DNA of 64,000 nucleotides from Armatimonadota bacterium (GTDB lineage: Bacteria; Armatimonadota; SYMT01): the NCBI GenBank assembly GCA_041690135.1, contig JAWLHY010000002.1, positions 1,136,342 through 1,200,341 of the forward strand, read 5' to 3'. Position 1 is the first letter of the stretch. Each line of letters opens with the position of its first letter. Below are positions 51,476 through 61,461 of this stretch, in pieces. A program made the position numbers and the translations under genes. Below the pieces are notes generated by a model. The model saw nothing but the letters and a program-made list of their open reading frames with translations. It had not been told where the DNA came from and ran no database searches.

Positions 51476-51742
51476 GGAATCAACCTCTCTTTCGCTGTAA
51501 AGCATTCCGCTAGAGGCCCCACAGGGAGTAGTAGAGCGGTGATGGCACTCCTTTGAGGGCAGATGTTCAGTTTCTCACGACGACCTCTTTAGAGGTTGGG
51601 TGTTAAGCAGAGAAGTCCTCCCTAGTCCGGCTGCACGTAAGCGCCGAAGATCCGGCGGCGCTGTCGAAAACCCGCCCTTTCGATCGACTAGCTTACGAGG
51701 CCTTCGAATTGCCGGGGCCGCAATCCTGAAACGGAGGAAAGA

Positions 51743-52129
51743 ATGCATTACTTACTGTTGGCTTACGGGAACGAGGAAAAGTTCAGCCGGTTGACTCCGG
51801 AAGAGTTGGACGACCTGGCGACGAAGTGTACCGCCTATGACGAGGAGTTCCGCGCCACGGGGCGGGTGATCGGCGGAGGCAGCCTTTCGTGGGCTTCCAA
51901 AGCGATGCGCCTGAAAGGGGGCACGCTTACCGTTACGGACGGACCGTACCTCGAGACCAAGGAGGTAGTTGGCGGACTGGTCATCCTGGAGGCGGACGAC
52001 TACGACGAGGCGGTGCGGCTGGCCTCCCTTCATCCCGCCGCCCGGATGGGGGAGGAGCTCGGCTGGGCCATTGAGCTGCGACCGATGGAGCAGTGTATTC
52101 TGCAGCGCAGCGCTGACATGCGGAGGTAG
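51743..52129 (+). CDS. YciI family (DGPF domain) protein
   Basis: VTDGPYLETKEVVGG, IELRP. Confidence 0.9.
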   Translation: MHYLLLAYGNEEKFSRLTPEELDDLATKCTAYDEEFRATGRVIGGGSLSWASKAMRLKGGTLTVTDGPYLETKEVVGGLVILEADDYDEAVRLASLHPAARMGEELGWAIELRPMEQCILQRSADMRR

Positions 52130-52147
52130 GGAAGTAAGACTAACAGC

Positions 52148-53107
52148 GTGACTCGCTTTCCCGATAGCCGCATTCTTGCCGCGCTTGTGACGACAGTGTT
52201 CCTCTGGGCCTCGGCCTTTCCCGCCATGCGGGCCGTGCTGCAGGTCTACTCTCCCGCGCATCTGGCGCTGCTGCGCTTTCTGGTTGCGTCGGCCGTTCTC
52301 GGTCTCTATGCCGCCGTGGTGCGCCTCCGGCTCCCGGAAAAGCGGGACCTGCCGGGGGTTCTTACCTGCGGCGTGTTGGGGGTGACGGTCTACCACCTGG
52401 CCCTGTGTGCTGGGCAGGCGCGGGTGACGGCCGGCAGCGCCAGTATCCTGGTGAACGCCAGTCCGGTGTTCACGGCGTTGCTGGCAACGCTGTTCCTGGG
52501 CGACCGGTTGGGAGCACGGGGCTGGATTGGTATCGGTGTGAGCTTCGGAGGAGTGGCACTGATCGCGCTGGGCGAGGGGAAGGGTCTTCAACTGAACGCA
52601 GGGGCGCTCCTGATTCTCCTGGCCGCGTTCTCGGTAAGCCTTTACACCGTGATTCAAAAACCGTACCTGAAGCGGTACTCCCCGCTGGAGTTCAGCGCCT
52701 ACTCCATCTGGAGTGGCACGCTGTTGATGCTGCCGATTGCGGTGGCGGGCTTTCCGGAGGCGGTCACGAGGGCGCCCCTTTCCCTCACCCTCACCGGGGT
52801 GTACCTGGGCATCTTCCCGGCTGCTCTCGCCTACATCACCTGGACCTATCTCCTCTCACGACTGCCGGCGGCCCGGGCGGCGAGCCTGCTTTACATGGTG
52901 CCCCCGTTGGTGATGTGCATGGCCTGGGTCCTGCTGCGTGAAGTGCCGCCCGCCCTCTCCATCGTGGGCGGCGCGGTGGCACTCATGGGCGTCGCACTGA
53001 CGAGTCTTCAGCGGAATCCTGGCTTCCAGGCGGGGCCGGGGAGATGCCCGACCGTAGCTGCGACCGCGCTACGGGGACCGTGCATCTCCCCGGCGGCCGA
53101 CGACTAA
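52148..53107 (+). CDS. DMT/EamA family transporter
   Basis: WASAFP, LRFLVA, SPVFTALLA, two EamA repeats. Confidence 0.9.
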   Translation: MTRFPDSRILAALVTTVFLWASAFPAMRAVLQVYSPAHLALLRFLVASAVLGLYAAVVRLRLPEKRDLPGVLTCGVLGVTVYHLALCAGQARVTAGSASILVNASPVFTALLATLFLGDRLGARGWIGIGVSFGGVALIALGEGKGLQLNAGALLILLAAFSVSLYTVIQKPYLKRYSPLEFSAYSIWSGTLLMLPIAVAGFPEAVTRAPLSLTLTGVYLGIFPAALAYITWTYLLSRLPAARAASLLYMVPPLVMCMAWVLLREVPPALSIVGGAVALMGVALTSLQRNPGFQAGPGRCPTVAATALRGPCISPAADD

Positions 53108-53575
53108 GGGGATGGCGGCAGTGACTGCTCAGTCACTCGCCCTAACCCCTTAGTCCGGTGCCACTTACGACCACCGTACCCGAATCCCGGACTGGCGTCC
53201 GGACTCCCATCCCGGGCCTGATCTGGTTCGAAACCGCGGGCGACCACCACGTTGCGTGGCGGTCGCCAGTGACTTCCCTCTCGCCCTTAGTGTCGGGGAG
53301 AACGCCATCCACGCCGAACGCTCAACCTGCAGCAGGGGCGAGGGCTTCAGCCGGCTGCCGCCCGGCGGCGAGAAGGATGAGATCCGCTACAAGGGCGTGG
53401 ATCCATCCACTGGGCACCCCCGGCGAGTGTACATTCTGTACTCCCTGCGAGCAGGGAGTACAGTCCAACCTTGCGGTCGGCTGTACCGGGAAAAAGAAGC
53501 GGCATCTGTGTCTAACCCTCCGTTGCGGCAGGCTCTAGAATGGCGGCTATGGACAAGGGTGAGGGGAAGCTACTG

Positions 53576-54904
53576 ATGGTCTCAATCCTGCGTGGAACCC
53601 ACTATGCCTGGGTGGTGGCGGCGGTAACGTTCCTCGCCCTTCTGGCGGCGGCGGGTGTCCGTTCGGCGCCGGGAGTCCTGATCGTGCCGTTCGGAAACGA
53701 GTTCGGCTGGAGCCGCTCCACGCTTTCCGCGGCGGTGTCGGTGAACCTGCTGATGTATGGTCTCGTTGGTCCGTTTGCCGCCGCGATCATGGGCCGGATG
53801 GGGATCCGCAGGACCGTTCTCCTCGCCCTGGTTGCAGTCACCGCGGGCCTGGCACTGACGATGGCGATGGCGGCGCCGTGGCAGATGACCGTCCTGTGGG
53901 GCGTGGTAATCGGCGGGAGCACCGGCATGGTCGCTATGGTGATGGCGGCCACTGTCGTGAACCGCTGGTTTGCCGCACGACGGGGTCTGGTGCTTGGGGT
54001 GCTGGCAGCTAGCACCGCCGCGGGGCAACTGGTCTTCCTGCCGCTTATGGCGGCTATCATTCAGAAGTCCGGTTGGCGACCGGCAGTCTGGCTGCTGGCT
54101 GGTATGGTGGTCCTCGTCATTCCCCTGATCATATGCTTCTTACGGGACTCGCCCGCGGACGTCGGCCAGCGTCCCTACGGTGAAGTGGAGGGAGCCACAA
54201 CGGAAGAAACGGCTGCCCATGCCCCTCTGGCAGCGGAGGCGATGCATTCCCTGGTCGTTGGGCTCCGCTCCCGTGATTTCTGGTTGCTGGCGGGGAGCTT
54301 CTTCGTGTGCGGCGCCAGCACGAACGGGCTGATGGGCACGCACCTGGTCCCGGCGTGTGCGGATTTGGGAATGCCGGAAGTCCAGGCCGCCGGTCTCCTG
54401 GCCCTGATGGGCCTGTTCAATGTGGTGGGGACCACCGGCTCCGGTTGGCTGTCGGACCGCTTCGACAACCGGGTGTTGTTGAGCTGGTATTATGGCCTGC
54501 GAGGCCTGGCGCTGATCTACTTCCCATTTGGCCTGGTGGAAGCGTCGTGGGGTCTTACGCTCGTCTCGATCTTCTTCGGGCTCGACTGGGTTGCCACCGT
54601 GCCGCCGACGGTACGCCTCACGACGGATACGTTCGGCAAGGCACGCTCGGGAATCATGTTCGGCTGGATCATGGCCGCGCACCAAGTCGGCGCGGCCGCG
54701 GCGGCCCTGGGTGCGGGCGCCATCAGCACGTGGAGTGGGAGTTACGAGCGCGCCTTTCTCACCTCCGGCGCGATCTGTCTCTTCACCGCAGCGATGGTTC
54801 TGCAGATTCGCCGGGCCGGATCGACGCCGTCCGGCGATACTCCCGATATGGAGAATACTCAGTCCGGCGTAGAGTCGGGCTGGAAGGTGGAGCCGGCGAG
54901 ATGA
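53576..54904 (+). CDS. MFS transporter
   Basis: Many TM segments; RWFAARRGLVLG, GWLSDRFD, DWVATVPPT. Confidence 0.92.
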   Translation: MVSILRGTHYAWVVAAVTFLALLAAAGVRSAPGVLIVPFGNEFGWSRSTLSAAVSVNLLMYGLVGPFAAAIMGRMGIRRTVLLALVAVTAGLALTMAMAAPWQMTVLWGVVIGGSTGMVAMVMAATVVNRWFAARRGLVLGVLAASTAAGQLVFLPLMAAIIQKSGWRPAVWLLAGMVVLVIPLIICFLRDSPADVGQRPYGEVEGATTEETAAHAPLAAEAMHSLVVGLRSRDFWLLAGSFFVCGASTNGLMGTHLVPACADLGMPEVQAAGLLALMGLFNVVGTTGSGWLSDRFDNRVLLSWYYGLRGLALIYFPFGLVEASWGLTLVSIFFGLDWVATVPPTVRLTTDTFGKARSGIMFGWIMAAHQVGAAAAALGAGAISTWSGSYERAFLTSGAICLFTAAMVLQIRRAGSTPSGDTPDMENTQSGVESGWKVEPAR

Positions 54905-55476
54905 GACGCCTCTGCTCGCGTCTGTTGATCGCGGGGGCCATTGCGGCGCTGGTCGCGGCCGTGCTGGTGCGTCCCCGCTTCGGGCATCCCGTCACCCCCT
55001 TCATGCGCGAGGCCGCCGCGGCCGCGACCGGCCGGGTCGTACCGCGTTTCCACGAGAGAGCCCGCGATCGGCCGCTGGTAGTGGTGTTCATCCGGCCGGA
55101 CTGCCCGTGCAGCGAGGCCTACGAGCCGTACACTCACGAGCTCTTCCGAGCCTACCAGTCCCGGGCGGATTTCCTGGGGGTCGTGGCCGGTGAGGTCCAG
55201 GAGGCGGAAAGCTGGCGGCAGAAGCACGGCACGCCCTTCGGTGTCGTCGCGGATGTCGATCGCTCGCTTGCGCGCGGTTACGCGGCGGAGCGCTCCGCCT
55301 ACACGGCGCTCCTGCTCGACGGGGAGACCGTCCACCACCTCTGGCCCGGCTACTCGGCCGGAATGCTCCAGGATTTAGGGAAGCGGCTGGCGGCCGCCAC
55401 GGGAACACCGGAAGCCTCGCTCCCGCTGGCCGGTGCGCCGGAGACGCTCACGTCGGGCTGCCTGCTGGAGCCGTAG
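54901..55476 (+). CDS. Redoxin/thioredoxin-fold protein
   Basis: N-terminal TM, PLVVVFIRPDCPCS; ATGA overlap with the MFS gene. Confidence 0.75.
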   Translation: MRRLCSRLLIAGAIAALVAAVLVRPRFGHPVTPFMREAAAAATGRVVPRFHERARDRPLVVVFIRPDCPCSEAYEPYTHELFRAYQSRADFLGVVAGEVQEAESWRQKHGTPFGVVADVDRSLARGYAAERSAYTALLLDGETVHHLWPGYSAGMLQDLGKRLAAATGTPEASLPLAGAPETLTSGCLLEP

Positions 55477-55503
55477 GCCTCACCGCCCTCCAAGTCTTCT
55501 GGC

Positions 55504-55974
55504 TTACAACCCCAACTCGGAGAGCCCCGGGTGGTCGTCCGGCCGTCGCCCCAGCGGCCAATGGTACTTGCGGTCCGCCTCCCGGATCGGCAGGTCATTG
55601 ATGCTCGCGATCCGGCGGCGCATCAGGCCGTTCTCCGCGAACTCCCAGTTCTCGTTGCCGTAGGAGCGGAACCAGTGTCCGGAATCGTCGTGCCACTCGT
55701 AGGCGAACCGAACGGCAATGCGGTTTTCCTGGCAGGCCCACAGCTCCTTGATGAGCCGGTAGTCCAGCTCCCTGGCCCATTTCCGCCGCAGGAACTCCAC
55801 GATAGCCTCGCGGCCGGTCAGAAACTCCGCCCGGTTGCGCCAGGTGCTGTCCGGCGTGTAGGCGAGGGCAACCCGCTCCGGGTCACGGGTGTTCCAGGCA
55901 TCTTCCGCCATGCGGACCTTCTGCGCGGCGGTTTCCGGGGTGAATGGGGGAAAGGGCGGGCGCTCTTCAGCCAT
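55504..55974 (-). CDS. DUF1348 family SnoaL/NTF2-like protein
   Basis: [33 protein letters not shown]. Confidence 0.92.
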   Translation of the reverse strand: MAEERPPFPPFTPETAAQKVRMAEDAWNTRDPERVALAYTPDSTWRNRAEFLTGREAIVEFLRRKWARELDYRLIKELWACQENRIAVRFAYEWHDDSGHWFRSYGNENWEFAENGLMRRRIASINDLPIREADRKYHWPLGRRPDDHPGLSELGL

Positions 55975-55980
55975 CGGTCA

Positions 55981-56550
55981 TCACCCTTTCGGGGGGAGGG
56001 TAAACAGATCCGCCACACGGTAGCGGAGGTCGGGGATTAGCCCGGGAGCCGTGAGTTCATCGGTCGGCACGAGGCGCACCACCGAGCGGTCGCTGCGGTA
56101 GATGTGAACGATCCGCGTTTCCGGGTTGACCACCCAGACCAGCGGCACCCCGGCGGCGAGGTATTCCTCGATCTTGGTGTCCACTTCGTAGACCGTGTCG
56201 TTCGGCGAGACGACTTCCACGGCGAGGTCCGGGGGAATCGGAATATGGCCCGCGGGAATCTGTTCATCCGGCAGCCGGCCCCGGCAAATGAAAGAGACAT
56301 CCGGTTTCCGGACTTTCCGGGGGTCATCCGGGAAGCACTGGTAGCCGGTCTCGGAGATCGCCCAGCCGAGCCCGCGGTCTTCACCAAGGTTGCCGAGTAG
56401 CCGGAGAATTCGCCCGCTCACCCAATCGGCGAAGCCGCCCACATGTTTCTCCACCAGATTTCCGCCCACAAGTTCGTAGGCTTTGCCGTCATCGGGCAGC
56501 GACAACAGGTCTTCGGGAGTGTAGGTCGTTTCTGCGGCGATTGCGATCAT
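55981..56550 (-). CDS. Uma2 family endonuclease
   Basis: YELVGG, RKPDVSF, PDLAVEVVSPND, YLAAGVPLVWVVNP. Confidence 0.92.
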   Translation of the reverse strand: MIAIAAETTYTPEDLLSLPDDGKAYELVGGNLVEKHVGGFADWVSGRILRLLGNLGEDRGLGWAISETGYQCFPDDPRKVRKPDVSFICRGRLPDEQIPAGHIPIPPDLAVEVVSPNDTVYEVDTKIEEYLAAGVPLVWVVNPETRIVHIYRSDRSVVRLVPTDELTAPGLIPDLRYRVADLFTLPPKG

Positions 56551-56935
56551 TCTCAGTCCTTCTCCTGGCGTGAACCCCACTGCCGGGTGCCTGTTCGGCT
56601 CCAGGCAGTGATTATCCTTGTGTTTAGCCCTTCTTCCGCCGGTGGTGATGCGTCTCCGGCAGTAATGAGTTGGCCGTTGGAGAGGGGCCCTGTCTCGGAT
56701 TGTACCCGAGTTGGCGGATAGCGTACCCTCTGCAATGCCGCCCGAGCCCCAGGCCCCGCGCCAGTCACGCCGATACTCCCGCCACCGGCCAGTGGGTCCG
56801 CCGCTCGAACACGCCTTCCAACCGTCCGCCAACCGGAGCGGGCCGCCGCGCATTTGTTAGGAAAGTCCTCCCGGCTTGGGAGGTCCCCAGGCCCAGCAGG
56901 CGCGACCCGCGCCCTGCCGTCGTGGAGAACGTCGC

Positions 56936-58558
56936 ATGCGCATCCTGCTCATCAATCCACCGCATCCCTCCATCGGCAGTCGCATCCCGCGGGAGCAATT
57001 GCCGCCGCTCGGCCTGCTCGCGGTGGGTGGACCGCTCCTGGATGCCGGACACGAGGTGCGACTGCTGGACGCCGAGTTCGGGCCGCTCCCCACGGCGGAG
57101 ATCGTGAGGCAGGCGGTGGAGTTCGCTCCCCAGGCACTGCTGCTGGGACATTCCGGCTCGACCTCTGGCCATCCCGTCGTCTCGGAGTTGACGCGGGAAC
57201 TGCGGAGGGCGCTACCGGACGCCTGCATCGTCTACGGCGGGGTCTTCCCGACCTACCACTGGCGCGAGGTCCTGGAGCAGGAGCCGCAGGTGGACGTGAT
57301 CGTTCGAGGCGAAGGCGAGGCGACGGCCACGCGGTTGATGGCGGCGCTCCAGGCGGGCGCGCCACTGGGACGTATCCCGGGGCTTGCATTTCGCCGGGAC
57401 GGTCGACCCGTCGCCACGCCTTCGGCGCCGGTGATCCGGGATCTGGACGCCTACCGCATCGGCTGGGAGCTGATCGACCACTCCCGCTACAGCTATTGGG
57501 GCGGTCTCCGGGCGGTGGTGGTGCAGTTCTCGCGCGGATGCCCGCACCCGTGCAATTACTGCGGCCAGCGCGGCTTCTGGACCCGCTGGCGGCACCGGGA
57601 TCCGGTGAAGTTCGCCGCGGAGATCGCCCGGCTGTACCGGGAGCACGGCGTGGTGGTGTTCAACTTCGCGGACGAAAACCCGACGGCTTCCCCGCGAGCC
57701 TGGAAGGCTTTCCTGGAGGCGCTCATCGCCGAGAACGTGACGGTGAAGCTCGTCGGCTCGACCCGCGCCGACGACATCGTCCGCGACGCGGAGATCCTGC
57801 CGCTCTACAAGCAGGCCGGGGTGGAGCGCTGGCTGCTAGGGATGGAAAACTACGACGAGGCGACCCTCCAGAAGATCCGGAAGGGCGGCTCCCCGACCAA
57901 GGATCGACAGGCGATCCAACTCCTGCGCCGGCACGGCATCCTTTCGATGGCCACGTGGGTGGTCGGTTTCGAGGAAGAGACGGACCGCGACTATCGGCAC
58001 GGCCTGCGGCAACTCTTGGCTTACGATCCCGACCAGATCCAGCTCCTCTATGCGACTCCGCACCGCTGGACCCCCTTTTACCGGCTGGAGACGGAACGCC
58101 GGGTGATCCAGACCGATACCCGGTGCTGGGACTACAAGCACCAGGTGCTCGCCAGTCATCACATGCCGCCCTGGCGGGTGCTGCTGTGGGTGAAAACGAT
58201 CGAGGTGATCATGCAGCTCCGCCCGCGCGCCCTGGCCCGTGTGCTTTTCATGCGGGACCCGGTGATCCGGCGTGCCCACCGGTGGTACTACCGGATGGGC
58301 CGGCGCGTGTGGCCGCACGAGATCCTGGGCTTCCTTTTCCGGGAGCGGCGCACCGCAGAGGGTCCCACCCTGGCGGAGTTCTGGGGGCCGCCTCAGGATG
58401 CCGAAGAGGAGTCCATGCTTCCGCGTCCGACGGCCACCGCGGGCCTGTGTACCCTCGATCCACTCCCTCCCGTGCCAACGGGGGGCTTCGCAGCTCCACC
58501 AAGCCGTGGAGACGTCCGGGAACAAGTGCTCTCCAGGCAACTCCGAGAGGTGGCGTAG
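56936..58558 (+). CDS. B12-binding radical SAM enzyme, BchE-like (anaerobic Mg-protoporphyrin monomethyl ester cyclase family)
   Basis: N-terminal cobalamin domain (PPLGLL, GGVFPT, GEGE), SRGCPHPCNYC, ADENPT, TRADD, WDYKHQV. Confidence 0.85.
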   Translation: MRILLINPPHPSIGSRIPREQLPPLGLLAVGGPLLDAGHEVRLLDAEFGPLPTAEIVRQAVEFAPQALLLGHSGSTSGHPVVSELTRELRRALPDACIVYGGVFPTYHWREVLEQEPQVDVIVRGEGEATATRLMAALQAGAPLGRIPGLAFRRDGRPVATPSAPVIRDLDAYRIGWELIDHSRYSYWGGLRAVVVQFSRGCPHPCNYCGQRGFWTRWRHRDPVKFAAEIARLYREHGVVVFNFADENPTASPRAWKAFLEALIAENVTVKLVGSTRADDIVRDAEILPLYKQAGVERWLLGMENYDEATLQKIRKGGSPTKDRQAIQLLRRHGILSMATWVVGFEEETDRDYRHGLRQLLAYDPDQIQLLYATPHRWTPFYRLETERRVIQTDTRCWDYKHQVLASHHMPPWRVLLWVKTIEVIMQLRPRALARVLFMRDPVIRRAHRWYYRMGRRVWPHEILGFLFRERRTAEGPTLAEFWGPPQDAEEESMLPRPTATAGLCTLDPLPPVPTGGFAAPPSRGDVREQVLSRQLREVA

Positions 58559-59294
58559 GACGCTGCAAAGGCTTCACACGACTGGATTATTGCCAACTCT
58601 ACCGGATCAAAGGCAGCGACAACTTCGAAGTCTTTCCTTGAGGCAACAGTCTCTTGAAAAGAGATTTGCCCCGCGTTACCGGCGCGCTCTCTCGTAGCGG
58701 ATAGGGCGCCGGGTCTCCTACAGCACGCCATATTATGCACCGGGCGCATCCATTGCATAGCGTGCTTCCTGTGCTGAATCCCCCGAATGTGGTTCCGCTT
58801 GCGGAGTACTGCCTCATGGGGGACTGCCCGTGCCTATCCACGGACCTTTGCGTCATCTGTGGTCCAGATCCTCCGGGGTGAAGTGATATCTCGGAAAGCC
58901 ACGATGTGACTCGGGAATCAGCTTCTTTCCGGGTGTGGGTGCTTACCACTTTGAGACAATCCCGTCAACATTCAGTGACTGTATTATCGCATACTTCCAG
59001 GGGGCCTCAGGATACGATTCCGCGGCGGCAGGTGTGTACTACCGATGCGGAGTACGGCTGAAAATATATGTTAATCTCCTTCAATGGTTGTAGTAGGAGG
59101 AATTCCATTTCGGCCCGTTAAAGCTCTCCATTGAGGATTTACTGCGTGATAGTAATCGAATCGCAGTATTCGCATTCTTCCATTCCGAGCGGGTGTTGGT
59201 CGGTTGGAGTTAAACGAAGCGAACCACGATTTATGGGTGCTGCAGTGCGGCAGTATCCGCGAAAACTTCTGCCACTGAAGCTGGGAGGATTGAA

Positions 59295-59903
59295 ATGGAG
59301 AGCAGCCGTCTCTGCGACCTGGAGAGTGTCATTCCGTCGATATATCCGCCCTCTCCAGAGCTTTGTCTCAGTATTCTGCTCATCGCCCGCCGATCGGGAC
59401 GGAGCGTTGGCCTGGGAGCCGATGCGGTGGAAGACTGCGCGATGGAGTTTCTGGTGCATCTCCTGGAAGACGACGGACGCCGGCTGAAGCAGGCGCCTTC
59501 CCATCCCGCACTGTTTCCCTGGCTGCGCCGGTGTGCTCGGAATTTCGCTTGTAATGTTCTTCGCTCGCAGGTTGCCGTGGCTCGCCGTCAGGAGCCAATG
59601 GTTCCGGAAACACTGGACCGTGGCATCGGGGAGACGGTTCTCAGGGCCGTGGACCGCGATAGCCTGCGGGTAGAATTCTGGTCCCTGATGTTTAGCTCGA
59701 TTCGGGGCCTTTCGCGCACGCACCAGGAGATCCTCATCCGGTTCTATGTCTCCGGGCAGTCGGTAGAAGAACTAGCGTTGGAGATGGATCGCACGCCGCA
59801 TGCCGTGGAGCAGGCACTATTCCGCGCACGAAAGCGTCTGCGTGAAGAACTGGTTCGCCACGGCATTGATGAAACGGATCTGCTTGCTTACTTGCGGGAG
59901 TAA
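59295..59903 (+). CDS. ECF sigma-70 factor
   Basis: AVEDCAMEF, WLRRCARN (region 2); GQSVEELALEMDRTPHAVEQALFRARKRL (region 4). Confidence 0.82.
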   Translation: MESSRLCDLESVIPSIYPPSPELCLSILLIARRSGRSVGLGADAVEDCAMEFLVHLLEDDGRRLKQAPSHPALFPWLRRCARNFACNVLRSQVAVARRQEPMVPETLDRGIGETVLRAVDRDSLRVEFWSLMFSSIRGLSRTHQEILIRFYVSGQSVEELALEMDRTPHAVEQALFRARKRLREELVRHGIDETDLLAYLRE

Positions 59904-60093
59904 GCAGATCCGGAGCGAGTGAGCCGAAAGATTCTCTTGAGAAACAGCGTGAGGTTTGGTGCGTCATAGGTGTTCTTTCTATTGAGACGCAACACAGCGC
60001 CAACTTCGTTCTGAATTTCGAGTAACTCGTTCCAACCCGTATTTAAATCGCGGTTGGGTACGCGTGTTCTCTGATTAATTCCAGGAGAACGGC

Positions 60094-60729
60094 ATGCCGA
60101 TGCATCCACTCCTTCCCCTCATGGCCCGGTTTATTCTGGGATTCATGTGGATACTTGCCGCACTCGGCAAACTCGCCCGGCGTGGCAGTGGCGGAAACGA
60201 ACTCGTGCAGTCACTGGGGGTGCGGCCGGAGTGGCTGAGTTCCCTGGCGACAACGGTGCTTCCGTTGGTGGAGCTGGGTTTGGGGGTCGCGCTACTGCTT
60301 GGGATCGGAGGGGATTGGGCTGCTTACGGAAGCCTGGGATTGCTTCTGGTATTCACCACGGTCATCCTCGCGGTTCTTGTCCAGGGCCGGCGTGTCGTGT
60401 GCAACTGTTTCGGTTCGTTGGGGCGAGCGCCGCTTTCAGTTTGGTCCGTGGTTCGAAACGGAGCCTTCGTCCTGCTTACGTTGCTCGCGCTCCATCCGGG
60501 AGCGGACTTCCTTACCGTGGATGGCCTCCTTTCCGGCAGCACGAGGCCGCTGGGGGCGCCGCTCTCGGACTTGATTCCCATGCTGGCGTTGTTCTCGGTG
60601 GTCGGCATTCTGGCGGCGCTGGGGGCCGCTGCGTGGGAGGTGGGCTTGCTGGTGGCGCGAGCGAAGGAGGGTCCGGCACTGCTGGCTCCGGATCGCGACC
60701 GTTTCCGGCGGTGGTTCCGCGTGGTGTGA
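60094..60729 (+). CDS. mauE: MauE/DoxX family redox-associated membrane protein
   Basis: AALGKL, LPLVELGLG, CNCFG, VVRN motifs; AGGAG RBS. Confidence 0.85.
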   Translation: MPMHPLLPLMARFILGFMWILAALGKLARRGSGGNELVQSLGVRPEWLSSLATTVLPLVELGLGVALLLGIGGDWAAYGSLGLLLVFTTVILAVLVQGRRVVCNCFGSLGRAPLSVWSVVRNGAFVLLTLLALHPGADFLTVDGLLSGSTRPLGAPLSDLIPMLALFSVVGILAALGAAAWEVGLLVARAKEGPALLAPDRDRFRRWFRVV

Positions 60730-60781
60730 AGTAGCATGCGCCTGTTGTGAGGCGCCAAATGGGAAGCAGGAGGGATATCGC

Positions 60782-61447
60782 GTGCCACAAGGTCTCTGGC
60801 TCTATTCGTACCTGGGTCTCTGGGCTCTCTTGATCCTCACCAGTCTGCTGCTCTTTGCGGTGGTCCGGCAGTTACGCGCTCTGCACAGTTTTTGGGTGCA
60901 GAACGACCCGGAATGGGGGTTGCCGCTGGGGGCGCTGGCGCCCGCGGTAGCCGGAGGAGATGTCTTCGGCAATCCGGCCTCGTTGGCAGCTACCCGGGGT
61001 AAGAAGACGCTCATCCTGTTCCTCTCGCGCGGGTGCAAGGCGTGCCGTCAGGTGGTGTTGATGGTCCCCACGCTGGCCCGCTGGGAACAGATGGAGATCC
61101 TGCTGGTGGTGGGCGGCAGCGCCCTCGATGCCCGGCTCTACATGGCGGAACATCACAGGGAGGAGCGGTTTCCGACGGTGCCGGTGCTGTGCGATCGGGA
61201 CTATGGCCTGTTGGAGAAGTACAAGGTTTCCGCCGTGCCCTACGCAGTGGTGGTGGACGAGGATGGCCGCGTGGGGGCCAAGGGCTCCCCGCTGGCGAGT
61301 GCGGAGATCGCGATGCTGCTGCGCCAGGCGGATGAGCTCCGCCGCAAGCGCCAGGAAGCGGCGCCCCGGCCGGGCGTTGGCTTCATCCCCGCGGAGCGGC
61401 TCGTACCGCGCGACGTGGAGAGCGAAGTGGCGGTGTCCGCGCGTTGA
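60782..61447 (+). CDS. MauD-like membrane-anchored thioredoxin, copy 1
   Basis: N-terminal TM then RQL, GLPLGALAP, FLSRGCKAC, VPYAVVVDEDGRVGAKG. Confidence 0.8.
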   Translation: MPQGLWLYSYLGLWALLILTSLLLFAVVRQLRALHSFWVQNDPEWGLPLGALAPAVAGGDVFGNPASLAATRGKKTLILFLSRGCKACRQVVLMVPTLARWEQMEILLVVGGSALDARLYMAEHHREERFPTVPVLCDRDYGLLEKYKVSAVPYAVVVDEDGRVGAKGSPLASAEIAMLLRQADELRRKRQEAAPRPGVGFIPAERLVPRDVESEVAVSAR

Positions 61448-61461
61448 AGCAGGGGGTCGTG

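Noticed and set aside
53110-53540. Possible small gene or frameshifted remnant between DMT and MFS genes
   Set aside because: Two overlapping short ORFs without recognisable motifs or clear RBS; cannot be supported
56936-58558. Evidence of anoxygenic photosynthesis (bchE)
   Set aside because: No other bch, crt or puf genes nearby; BchE-like proteins occur in non-phototrophs, so no symbol assigned
56854-58641. 595-aa alternative-frame ORF
   Set aside because: Arg/Gly/Pro-rich off-frame reading of the radical SAM gene
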